The notes below the pieces were generated by a model, which searched no databases, was not told where the DNA came from, and worked only from the letters and a program-made list of their open reading frames with translations. DNA of 64,000 nt from assembly GCA_051745285.1 (NCBI GenBank), contig JBNJDX010000006.1, positions 26 through 64,025 on the forward strand, given 5' to 3'. The stretch's first letter is position 1; each line of letters opens with the position of its first letter. This document shows positions 50,435 to 59,626 of the stretch, one piece after another. The DNA comes from Spirochaetota bacterium. GTDB taxonomy: Bacteria > Spirochaetota > Spirochaetia > CAKZLE01. The translations under genes were made by a program, and so were the position numbers.

Positions 50435-51922
50435 TCAAACCGACTTCCAAAGCTCTTCCTGGATTCTCTTTGCAACAATCTCAGAGGCAATCAGGGTCAT
50501 GGGGACCCCTACGCCAGGATGTGTATACTGTCCGGTTGAAAAGAGGTTTGCTACCTTCTTGCTCTTGTGGGAGGGTCTGAAGACTGCCGTCTGCAGCAGT
50601 GTGTGAGACAGACCAAGCGCTGTTCCTCCGTAGGCATGATAGTCGCTGATAAAATCCCTATGTGAGTATATGCGCTTTAGAGCAACATCGTCACTCAGTG
50701 ACTCACCAGTTATCTTCTCGACATGCTCAATGACGTGCTGGTAGTACTCCTCTCGTTTTGTATCATCCGTGTCGTCAAGACCGGGAGCAGTGGGGACAAG
50801 CAGAAACACATTTTCGCACCCTTGTGGTGCCATTGAGGGGTCTGTCTTGGTAATACAGCTCAAGTAAAAGCACGGGTCCTGCGGCCAGGAAGGATGCTTG
50901 AAAATGGTATCAAAATGTTCTTCCCACTTCTCCTGAAAGAACAGATTATGATGCTCAAGCCCCTCAAGACGCCTCCTGATTCCCAGATAGGCAATGAACA
51001 TGGAGGGAGCTACAACCCGCCTTTTCCAGTAGCTTTCAGAGTATGAACGGTCTGCAACATCCAGGAGCATCGACTCAACATGCTGGTAGTCAGCTCCGGA
51101 GACAACGACATCGGCCTGGAATGACCCGTTGCGCGTAACAACCGAGGTTACCCGGCCGCCATATGTCTGCAGCGAGATAACCTCCTGATCGGTGTGGATG
51201 GTCACTCCGAGATCTTTGCATAGCTGTGCTATCCCTTGAGCAACTCCGTTCATGCCGCCTTTAGGGAAATAGACTCCTCCCTCAAGGTCAACGTGGGACA
51301 TGATTGAATACAATGCCGGAGCCGCTTTTGGGTCAGTTCCAAGAAATACCATCGCGTACTCAAGGATCTGTCTGGCTCTTCTGTCTTGCACATACGTTCG
51401 GACGTAGGCATCGAGTTTTTTGAACACATGCAGTTTTGTGCCCTCAAAGACCACCTGCTTATTGAAGAAATCAGTAATCTTTTTGTATTCCCGATAGAGA
51501 AAGTTTTCCATAGCCACGTTGTATTTGTACGAAGCTTCTTTCACGTACCGTCTGAGAGCCTCACCTCCCCCGGGTTCAAATGCATCAAACACCCGGGCAT
51601 TTGCCGCCAGATCGGGACGGATTAATACCGACTCTTCCGGGCTAAAAAACACCTTATAGTAGGGATCAAGTTTGCCTAAAGTGTAGAAATCTTCACTCTT
51701 GTGATCAAACAGGGAAAAAAACCGCTCAAAGACCTCCGGCATGAGATACCAGGAGGGGCCCATATCAAACGAATACCCCTCGCTCTCCCACAAGCGGGCT
51801 CTGCCACCGACCTCTTCATTCTTTTCGAGTACTGTTACATCAAAACCGTCACGGGCAAGAAATGCCGCGGCACTCAGCCCTCCGTAGCCAGCCCCTATAA
51901 TCACAACTTTTTTCTTTTGCAT
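50435..51922 (-). CDS. crtI: Phytoene desaturase (CrtI family)
   Basis: 495 aa. N-terminal FAD fold VVIIGAGYGGLSAA and C-terminal CrtI motif TGQYTHPGVGVPMTLIASEIVA. Confidence 0.92.
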   Translation of the reverse strand: MQKKKVVIIGAGYGGLSAAAFLARDGFDVTVLEKNEEVGGRARLWESEGYSFDMGPSWYLMPEVFERFFSLFDHKSEDFYTLGKLDPYYKVFFSPEESVLIRPDLAANARVFDAFEPGGGEALRRYVKEASYKYNVAMENFLYREYKKITDFFNKQVVFEGTKLHVFKKLDAYVRTYVQDRRARQILEYAMVFLGTDPKAAPALYSIMSHVDLEGGVYFPKGGMNGVAQGIAQLCKDLGVTIHTDQEVISLQTYGGRVTSVVTRNGSFQADVVVSGADYQHVESMLLDVADRSYSESYWKRRVVAPSMFIAYLGIRRRLEGLEHHNLFFQEKWEEHFDTIFKHPSWPQDPCFYLSCITKTDPSMAPQGCENVFLLVPTAPGLDDTDDTKREEYYQHVIEHVEKITGESLSDDVALKRIYSHRDFISDYHAYGGTALGLSHTLLQTAVFRPSHKSKKVANLFSTGQYTHPGVGVPMTLIASEIVAKRIQEELWKSV

Positions 51923-52221
51923 GAGGCATTATACCAATGGTTTTCATATTCTCACAAGGAGATTCATCTAGTAACTGGTATGACGCGCGGTAAACGTCTA
52001 TGAGAAGCAATTTTCTTGTGTATTAAAAAGAATAGATCTATACTTGGAATCATAGAGAGGTTTTCACTATATTACTTTTTATGCCTGTTGATAACCGCAA
52101 AAGCCCGGCAAGGATGTCACTGATCTGAGATATATGGAAGACGTGAAATTCCAAACTTAGCTAATGACTGTATGAAGTAGTGGATACTGTGTGTTACTTA
52201 CCATACACAAGAGGTATTACC

Positions 52222-54117
52222 ATGAACCGAACCGCTTTGTTTCGATTAGTACAGTTCATTGTTTTATTTGTGTTGGCGGGTATGGCTGTTCTAAGCTGTG
52301 ATAGTCCGAACAGCATTGAAAATCACCTTGGCGAGCCTGTCATGACTCGACAAGCCATTCAAGGAATTGTCGAACAGATATACGACGAAGTGGATAATCC
52401 CTCTGGAGATGTTACAGAAATCATTAAAGATTTTTTTACAGCACTTGACATGTACAGAGAGTACGGATCAGAGAGCCATGTATTGGCACTTTTGGGCAAC
52501 AAAGAACCCATAATATTCCCTGATTCTGTCCATGCTATGGCAAGAGGATATGAGAAGGGACACTTTGTTACTTTGGAATCTTTTATTGAGTCCATGAAAC
52601 AATGGGGAGCGTATAGCAGATCGAACAACACGCCAATCAACCATGCCTTGCTAACAAGTGGCTTCAATGAACTAATGGGAAAGGAAGCCTATACCGCACA
52701 AGAGATAATCCCCGCTCTAATTCTTATGCTGGGCCATGAACGGGTGAAACGGACACCTTTCTACGTTGAAACTGATCCTGTCTGGGCAGATGGATACCTG
52801 GACCCGATTCAGTTTTACTTATTAAGCTGTGCCGTCATGCTTGCAGAACCGTTCAATCCCCGTGCAGCTTCTACAGGTGTTCACCAGCCCAGAAATGTGG
52901 AAACCTATCTGCGGGATTTGAAAATGGCCGTTGAAATGACTGCTGATGTCCGTTCATTTATCACTGGGCAGATCGGAGAAATCATAGGAATCCCGCTGAC
53001 TTGGGATGAAGCGATTCAAGCAATTGTCGCTGCTTCCGTAGTGCTCAACAGCTACAACCTTGAAATCACCATGGACGACCACATGTTCAGCAGACGATGG
53101 CCGGAAAGTCCGTCTGGTTCTCCGAATCCCTTTGAAAACGAGGCAACTGCTGCACTCACCTTTGATTTTGTTCCTCACAATGATGTATCTGCCTTTTTAG
53201 TGATTCTCTGTCTTGGAGAAGAACTTCCCCCGGAGAGAGTTGCTGGGAAGCCAATCTTCTGGACCTTGGAGGGAACCCTTCCATCGCACAGCGAAATAGA
53301 ACCGCTTGAGGGAACCACCTCCGCACAAGGAACAGTGCAAGCTGTCTTCAACACCTTTGATGAGAAAGTCCCGAAACTGCTTCGTTCAGATCTAGACCAA
53401 CCGCCTGCGCATGGCAATGTTACTGCCAGGGCCAAAGAATTGCTGCCGGGTAAATGGAGATCGCTTGAGTTCATCATGAGGGAAGTGAAGTCAACCGGAT
53501 TGGAAGCAAAGCATGTTACCGTACAGCACTACAAGTTTCCAGAAATTCAAGTGAGCTTCGAAACTAAATACACATACTACAATCCAACATACTTAGATGA
53601 CATACTCAAAACTCATTACTATTCTACCGGAGTGCAGATGACCTTGACTTCTGATGAAACATACTATTATGGCACGTCTGGACTGTATAACAATACCACC
53701 CTTGTACCAGATTGTGAGGGTACTGAACTTCTCAGCAAAATTGATGGGGAAATCTATGTGATAATTCCTAACGACGCTTCACAGTCCGATGTTAGCATGA
53801 TTGTATTTTCGTATCCCCCTCCACTTGAGAATATACACCATGTAAACTGCTATGATCCTGAAATGCCTCCATTACAATTAGTCCTGGCTGGATGGGGACC
53901 CTTCACCCAACATGCTGGGATTCCAATGGAAGAAGATGAATTGTATACAATAATGCTTGCCATACTTTCTGGAGAACCAATTGCCACCAACTATTCCAAT
54001 GTCCTGGGCCCATGGTCACAACTTTCTACTATAAGTGGAATAGCTGTTACTGAATATACAGAGCCGACAGAAGAAACGAATGGGGTGTATGTGAAGGTGC
54101 AGATTCGCCGCAAATGA
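52222..54117 (+). CDS. Large probable lipoprotein, function unknown (low-GC islet)
   Basis: ATG 52222 behind AAGAGGT; 631 aa. N-terminus MNRTALFRLVQFIVLFVLAGMAVLSC. No recognisable motif. AT-rich codon usage. Confidence 0.6.
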   Translation: MNRTALFRLVQFIVLFVLAGMAVLSCDSPNSIENHLGEPVMTRQAIQGIVEQIYDEVDNPSGDVTEIIKDFFTALDMYREYGSESHVLALLGNKEPIIFPDSVHAMARGYEKGHFVTLESFIESMKQWGAYSRSNNTPINHALLTSGFNELMGKEAYTAQEIIPALILMLGHERVKRTPFYVETDPVWADGYLDPIQFYLLSCAVMLAEPFNPRAASTGVHQPRNVETYLRDLKMAVEMTADVRSFITGQIGEIIGIPLTWDEAIQAIVAASVVLNSYNLEITMDDHMFSRRWPESPSGSPNPFENEATAALTFDFVPHNDVSAFLVILCLGEELPPERVAGKPIFWTLEGTLPSHSEIEPLEGTTSAQGTVQAVFNTFDEKVPKLLRSDLDQPPAHGNVTARAKELLPGKWRSLEFIMREVKSTGLEAKHVTVQHYKFPEIQVSFETKYTYYNPTYLDDILKTHYYSTGVQMTLTSDETYYYGTSGLYNNTTLVPDCEGTELLSKIDGEIYVIIPNDASQSDVSMIVFSYPPPLENIHHVNCYDPEMPPLQLVLAGWGPFTQHAGIPMEEDELYTIMLAILSGEPIATNYSNVLGPWSQLSTISGIAVTEYTEPTEETNGVYVKVQIRRK

Positions 54118-54288
54118 GAGCTTCTTTTATGCGATGAACGAGCTGTATGGGAAATATCTATGAGGAAAGACATGTGATTAGGAGGCCAGAATTCACATGT
54201 TTCAAAGCGGATAGGTGTGGTTTATTACTGCTCATGGTATATTTTCCATAAGCGGTATGTACAAATATAACTTTTGAGGGGAGGGTCT

Positions 54289-54873
54289 ATGAGTTACAGA
54301 AAACGAATATGGTGTCTTCTCGCTTTCATGCTGGCTGCAGGTACTTTTTCAGGGATGCAGGTCTTCGCCCAGGACGGCAACTACTGCCTTTCAATCACCA
54401 TAGATGGTGATGAATACACGCTTTCTAAGGGATTCTCCCGTGAACTTATGCAGGGTGAAACAGATAACCGCACTTTGGACCCGGTGCCTGTCGGATGGAT
54501 AGACGGTAAGACAAGCTACATCATGGCATCTTCTCATACCATGAAATCGGATGAGGTAAATACAATCCTAGGATATGGTGGATTCGGGACGATGTTCCAG
54601 AATGAAGGAGCGCTTGCCTATATCACTGTAAATGGAACAGCATCTCCAGGTAAGGTGTTTACAGGAGAGTTGTTCTTCATGCATATCACAGAAACCTTAA
54701 CGATTATGGCCATGAGCTACGATTTAGAAATACGCTTTGAAGCTGTGGATGAGAGGATGATTGGATCATTTTCCGGTAACATGATAGGATCGCGCGGGAA
54801 AAAGCAGGGACCGAGCTCAAACCTGTTTTCTCAAGGCAAAGGAGAGTTCATAGTAAAGACTGATCAACAATAA
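54289..54873 (+). CDS. Small secreted protein, function unknown
   Basis: ATG 54289 behind GAGGGGAGGG; 194 aa. Signal peptide MSYRKRIWCLLAFMLAAGTFSGMQVFAQ. Confidence 0.55.
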   Translation: MSYRKRIWCLLAFMLAAGTFSGMQVFAQDGNYCLSITIDGDEYTLSKGFSRELMQGETDNRTLDPVPVGWIDGKTSYIMASSHTMKSDEVNTILGYGGFGTMFQNEGALAYITVNGTASPGKVFTGELFFMHITETLTIMAMSYDLEIRFEAVDERMIGSFSGNMIGSRGKKQGPSSNLFSQGKGEFIVKTDQQ

Positions 54874-55017
54874 CCCCTCCATTTTCTATCATTCGCCATA
54901 CGAGGGTCTTCTGTATATCTGTAGTCAGACTGGTCTCTAAATGCATTTTCATGAAAAGCTTCTCTTTGACTGTTAGAGCCTCCTGAGAAGGTATTAACTA
55001 CCTAGAATGCATATAGT

Positions 55018-55565
55018 TTATACGGTTGTATGCAGACCTGCGGTGCAAAGAAAGTAACCCAAAACAACAAAAATCATTGCGCCTGTAGGATGATGCTGCT
55101 GACGTACTGAAAGCCTGATGAGAAGCAATGTTCTCTTAAAGATTTCATTCTCCCGCTCAAAGGACATCTTAAAGGCTAGGACCATAGGAAGCACGTAGCT
55201 CAGTGCAAAAAGCGGTTTTAGCATTACCCAAATCGGTAGGATACAGTTTTCTGTAAAAAGCATGGCATCAGGATGGCAGGACCTGTCCTTGGTCGTCCAC
55301 CGAAAGGCAAAAGACGGTACAACGAACAGAGGAAAAAGCAGAGAGAGGGTGAGAGAGACCAGAACCCGGTTGGGGGGGGGAAGTTGGAGAATGCCAAAAG
55401 GAGATATTGTCTAGGTAGGATCATGGGGAAGCGAAGGGAAGAGATGCAAGCAAGAGGCCCATTAATTAATCCCGGTAGTGATGACTCTGTAGTGTTAAAC
55501 TGTTCGAATTGTATTGCCAACTCGAAAATAAGCAAGGCACCTGCTGTTAAGCAACAGGTATACAT
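55018..55565 (-). pseudogene. Possible frameshifted remnant of a small polytopic membrane-protein gene
   Basis: Two hydrophobic minus-strand ORFs (55224-55565 and 55018-55263) lie in different frames and overlap by 40 nt. One indel would fuse them into ~190 aa. Neither has a convincing RBS, and no family was recognised. Confidence 0.25.
55372..55380. repeat. G9 homopolymer tract
   Basis: The sequence reads ggt tggggggggg aag. It is the longest mononucleotide G/C run I noticed in the window. It lies inside the 55224-55565 ORF, where it is read as PPP. Confidence 0.9.
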
Positions 55566-55566
55566 G

Positions 55567-55980
55567 TTATCGAGCTATTTTTACTCCACATCGGTTGCAT
55601 GTATAGCGGTAAAAAGAGACACTACCGCCGCAATATGTGCATGTATACTCTCTTTTCTTTTGCTGTATGAATGCATCGATACCAAGTGATCTTATCCCTT
55701 GCATATCCTCAGGAATCTTGTGTCTGTATGCGAATCGAGGATCACCCTCATGTGATCTGATCAATTTCTTGTCTAACAGCTTACATGGAACATGTTCACA
55801 GTATGCGCAGTAATCAATATGTTTCATTTCATAGCAGCACCGGCGGATACTACAATTCCATTTGCTAGTCCGTTTCTGATCCAGATTATCTGATGAACAC
55901 CCAAGGCATGACAGGTTGAATGATGGACAAGCCGCACAAAACACTCCACAGGGGGCCACTTCATCTTTTTTGTCACTCAT
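55567..55980 (-). CDS. DUF3795-like cysteine-rich protein
   Basis: ATG 55980 behind AAGGAGAGG; 137 aa. N-terminal CGVFCAACPSF plus further CxxC pairs (CLGC, CAYCEHVPC, CTYCGG, CNRCG). Confidence 0.65.
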   Translation of the reverse strand: MSDKKDEVAPCGVFCAACPSFNLSCLGCSSDNLDQKRTSKWNCSIRRCCYEMKHIDYCAYCEHVPCKLLDKKLIRSHEGDPRFAYRHKIPEDMQGIRSLGIDAFIQQKKREYTCTYCGGSVSFYRYTCNRCGVKIAR

Positions 55981-56133
55981 CAACCTCTCCTTCCTCCACG
56001 AAACCGGTCATCATATGGCTGGCTACTGTGCATCTAGTACAGGATACATCAATATCTTCATAATATGGCGTATGTTATACCGGCGCAAGCTCTGTTTCTG
56101 ATCCCATTACGGCTTTTTAGAGCAAACAGACTC

Positions 56134-57573
56134 TCAGCGTCGGGAAGCTCTGTTCATACGATCATTAACCGCTGCTCCTAGACCCTCGGACGGGAGTTTT
56201 TCAGCCACAATGAGGCGAAGCTGCTCCCGGTCAATATTCCGCATCGTTTGGTAGAGCTGGAGAGCAGCTTCCGCGGGATCTCTCCGGGCACTGAGAACAT
56301 AGACTTTACCGGTGTAGTCGGTTTGCGGGGGACCAAAGAGCATGACTGCTATATTCGGTTCATGCGCATAGTTCTGCGGTTCAGGAGTGACTATCATAGG
56401 CGTTTTGGGAGCATAGTGGGATGGGAACATGCCAGGGCTGTCAAAGATGATCTTCTCATCAGATCCTGTCACAGTAATATGGCCGATAATCTCTTCAATG
56501 TTCTCAATGGTAACTCCGCCAGGTCGAAGCAACGTTGGGGGGTCGGTGACAAGCGAGAGGACAGTCGACTCCACCCCGACTCGACATGCACCACCGTTGA
56601 TGATGGCCTCGTAGGCTCCTTCAAGCTGGTCTGCAACGTGGTGCGCTGTCGTTGGACTTGTCTTGCCAAATGTATTCGCACTCGGAGCAGCAATTGGAGT
56701 GCCGCTACATTGAATCAGTTCAAGTGCTATCGGGTTTCCAGGCATCCGGATAGCTACCGTGGGATTTCCGGCAGTCACAATATCAGGTACAGCCGAGGAT
56801 TTTTCCATCACCAGTGTCAACGGTCCCGGCCAGAAGGCCTGCATAAGGCGTTCTGCTTTTTCGGGAATCTGCTGTACCAGCATCCTCACCTGCTGTTCGC
56901 TGGCAACGTGAGTAATGAGCGGATCGTTGAAGGGACGCTGCTTAGCCGAAAAAATCTTTGCTACAGCTTCCGGCTGCAGAGCGTCTGCTCCCAGACCATA
57001 GACAGTTTCGGTGGGGAACACCGTAAGACCGCCATGCTGAATAACCCCTGCTCCGTGTTTGATCGCCTCATGCAGCGACTGCTGTCCTTTGGGATGACTT
57101 TCCAGCCAGTCGGCTGCCTCCGTCAGGGTATGAAACAGAAGAAGATCGGCTGGCAGGTCATCGAACTGGAGCGACCGTTCTCCTTGCAACAGATATAACA
57201 CTGTAAAACCAGCCCTAAGGGAGTGTTTTGCGTGGAGTATATTGTTTGTAATGAGAATTGCTTTAGCAGGCATGACTTCTAAGCTATCGGCTGCAGTTTT
57301 CAGGTTTTCATCTTCCCAACGCTGATTCCAACATTCATAAGGAATACCTGCGGCACGCACCTGTTGCAGCAGGTCACGACTCTCAGATACACTTTCTCCT
57401 GAACAAAGAAGACACAGAAGATGATGTTGTGAAAGACGTCCCAGTTCCCTGACAAGCCTGTGACTGTGCGATACCTCCTGGCCTTTGGCAACAGCCTGTT
57501 GCGACTGTTGAAAAGCAACAGCATCCCAGTCAAGAAAAACTGCAGATCTGCAGCGGTGCTCAGTTGACTCCAT
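56134..57573 (-). CDS. L-threonylcarbamoyladenylate synthase (Sua5/TsaC: YrdC domain + Sua5 C-terminal domain) with extra ~160-aa N-terminal domain
   Basis: YrdC motifs FPTETVYGLGADA and KQRPFNDPLITHV, followed by a Sua5-type C-terminal domain. ATG 57573 behind GGGAGGA is preferred; the track ORF starts at GTG 57696. Confidence 0.85.
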   Translation of the reverse strand: MESTEHRCRSAVFLDWDAVAFQQSQQAVAKGQEVSHSHRLVRELGRLSQHHLLCLLCSGESVSESRDLLQQVRAAGIPYECWNQRWEDENLKTAADSLEVMPAKAILITNNILHAKHSLRAGFTVLYLLQGERSLQFDDLPADLLLFHTLTEAADWLESHPKGQQSLHEAIKHGAGVIQHGGLTVFPTETVYGLGADALQPEAVAKIFSAKQRPFNDPLITHVASEQQVRMLVQQIPEKAERLMQAFWPGPLTLVMEKSSAVPDIVTAGNPTVAIRMPGNPIALELIQCSGTPIAAPSANTFGKTSPTTAHHVADQLEGAYEAIINGGACRVGVESTVLSLVTDPPTLLRPGGVTIENIEEIIGHITVTGSDEKIIFDSPGMFPSHYAPKTPMIVTPEPQNYAHEPNIAVMLFGPPQTDYTGKVYVLSARRDPAEAALQLYQTMRNIDREQLRLIVAEKLPSEGLGAAVNDRMNRASRR

Positions 57574-57751
57574 GCTTTTGTGTTCCTCCCAAGTGGTACC
57601 TGCAGCCTCCCGCTCCCGCTGTCCATACCACGCGATACCAGGTATATACCACAAAACAGATGTAGCTTCAATTGCAGCTCTTGCCGCAACGTTCACTTCA
57701 CGTTAGCATGAGAAGGCATTCTAGCTCATAACCGCATATGGAGAGGCGCAC

Positions 57752-58315
57752 ATGAATCTGGTGTCAATTTTTATGATCGCTGTTGTTCTTGCGATTGATG
57801 CCTTTGCTGCCTCTGTTTCCAGTGGTACAACCATGAGTGAAGTGAATATCAGGAAAGCCGCCCGGATTGCGCTGTTTTTTGGGGGATTTCAAGCGGCAAT
57901 GCCCCTGTTTGGCTGGATTGCCGGACAGAAGGCAATGGTTTTCATCGGACAAATTGCCTACTGGGCTGCTTTCGCCGTCCTGACAGGAATCGGTTTGCAG
58001 ATGATGTACGGTGCAATTAGGGTTGATCAGGGAGAAAAACAGGTTGAAACACAGCTGAGTCTTCCTATTCTTCTGATTATGTCAATTGCAACAAGTATCG
58101 ATGCCGCAGCAGTCGGGTTCAGTTTTGCCTGCACCTCAACAGGCATTCTCACTCCAGCTGTCATCATCGGCACAGTAACGTTTCTGTTGTCAATGCTCGG
58201 AGTCTTTCTTGGCGAGTGGGGGCATGAATTTCTCGGAAAGAAAGCCCAGCTCATAGGAGCTGTAGTTCTCATTAGTATTGGAAGCAAAATTCTTTTAGAC
58301 GGACTTGTCTCTTAG
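57752..58315 (+). CDS. mntP: Manganese efflux pump MntP (DUF204 repeat protein)
   Basis: 187 aa with 6 TM segments. The duplicated motif is LAIDAFAAS / TSIDAAAVG. Confidence 0.85.
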   Translation: MNLVSIFMIAVVLAIDAFAASVSSGTTMSEVNIRKAARIALFFGGFQAAMPLFGWIAGQKAMVFIGQIAYWAAFAVLTGIGLQMMYGAIRVDQGEKQVETQLSLPILLIMSIATSIDAAAVGFSFACTSTGILTPAVIIGTVTFLLSMLGVFLGEWGHEFLGKKAQLIGAVVLISIGSKILLDGLVS

Positions 58316-58429
58316 AATTGTACTTCTCGTTATTTTTCGATATACAATGACAGAGGGTGTTTTCTCACTGGCAACCGAGATCATCGCCCGATACACCAAT
58401 GCACATTTAAGAATCTTGTAGGATGTAGT

Positions 58430-59626
58430 ATGGGAAACACAGGAAAGAAATCGGTCATCATCTTAGCTTTCATTGCTTTTATCAGCCTTGGCCTGCCTGA
58501 CGGACTATTGGGGGTAGCCTGGCCGTCTATGCGAGCTTATTTCTCAAAACCGCTCGACTCACTCGGCGTTCTGCTTGTCTGTATCACCGCGGGATACATC
58601 TTCTCAAGCTTTACCAGCGGAGCTGTTATCAAGTTTTTGGGGGTTGGAAAATTGCTTGCTGCCAGCTGTGCGGCTACAGGTATCGCCCTTATCGGATATA
58701 CTCTTGCCCCCCAGTGGTGGCTCATCCCCACTCTGGGTGTACTTGCCGGCCTGGGAGCCGGGGCTATTGATGCCGGACTCAACTCGTACGTCGCCCGGCA
58801 TTACAACGAGCGCCTCATGCAGTGGCTGCATGCCAGCTTTGGAATTGGTATTACTTCCGGCCCGCTTATTATGACTATGGGTATAAATGTGTTTCACAGC
58901 TGGAAAGTAGGTTATGCAATTGTTGGATCTGCCCAGGTGATCCTGGCTCTCTGTTTTCTTGCGACCGCATCCGTGTGGAATACTACAGCACCGAAAGCTG
59001 CCGAGCAGCAGGAAGAATCAAACCCATCTGAGGAGGGGACGGCATTCCTTGAGACGATGAAAAACCGCCGATCATGGCTGAGTTTCCTGCTGTTTTTCAT
59101 CTATGCCGGTATTGAGCTCACTCTCGGCCACTGGACCTATACCCTGCTCACTGAGTCGCGCGGAATATCCAGTGAAATTGCCGGTATTCTCACAGGCAGT
59201 TTCTGGGGCATGTTTACTGTCGGCCGCATCCTTGCCGGTTTGTACGCACATAAACTGCGATCACCGGTCATGGTTAACAGCGGCATCGCCCTTTCAGCTC
59301 TTGGCGGATTGTTACTCTGGTCGAATGCAGGGGACTGGGCTAGTATCGGCGCCATTATCCTGCTCGGTTTTGCTGTGGCTCCCATCTTTCCCGGACTGGT
59401 TTCCAGCACGTTTCACAGGGTTGGCCACCGACATTCAACAAACACCATCGGCATGCAGATAGCGGGTGCCGGGTTGGGTAACTCACTTCTTCCCGCTCTT
59501 GCCGGGATACTTGCCGAGCGGCTTGGATTGGAGACCATCCCTGTGTTTCTCCTGGCACTTATTGCCACACTCGTACTCTTACAAATAACTGCACTGAGAA
59601 TTCACAAAAAAGCGCCCGCCTACTGA
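58430..59626 (+). CDS. MFS transporter
   Basis: 398 aa with ~12 hydrophobic helices in a two 6-TM half architecture. Confidence 0.8.
   Translation: MGNTGKKSVIILAFIAFISLGLPDGLLGVAWPSMRAYFSKPLDSLGVLLVCITAGYIFSSFTSGAVIKFLGVGKLLAASCAATGIALIGYTLAPQWWLIPTLGVLAGLGAGAIDAGLNSYVARHYNERLMQWLHASFGIGITSGPLIMTMGINVFHSWKVGYAIVGSAQVILALCFLATASVWNTTAPKAAEQQEESNPSEEGTAFLETMKNRRSWLSFLLFFIYAGIELTLGHWTYTLLTESRGISSEIAGILTGSFWGMFTVGRILAGLYAHKLRSPVMVNSGIALSALGGLLLWSNAGDWASIGAIILLGFAVAPIFPGLVSSTFHRVGHRHSTNTIGMQIAGAGLGNSLLPALAGILAERLGLETIPVFLLALIATLVLLQITALRIHKKAPAY

Noticed and set aside
54170-54200. Inverted repeat acatgtga ... tcacatgt after the 631-aa lipoprotein gene, considered as a terminator
   Set aside because: The stem is 8 bp but the loop is 15 nt and the U-tract is poor (ttcaaagc). 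The loop also contains an SD-like taggagg. It is too weak to call as a terminator or regulatory site.
57574-57751. Possible yybP-ykoY manganese riboswitch upstream of mntP
   Set aside because: I read the 178-nt divergent region, and further into 57540-57751, on the plus strand. I could not find the conserved GGGGAGUAG-type core or the paired 3' element. An Infernal scan with RF00080 would settle it.
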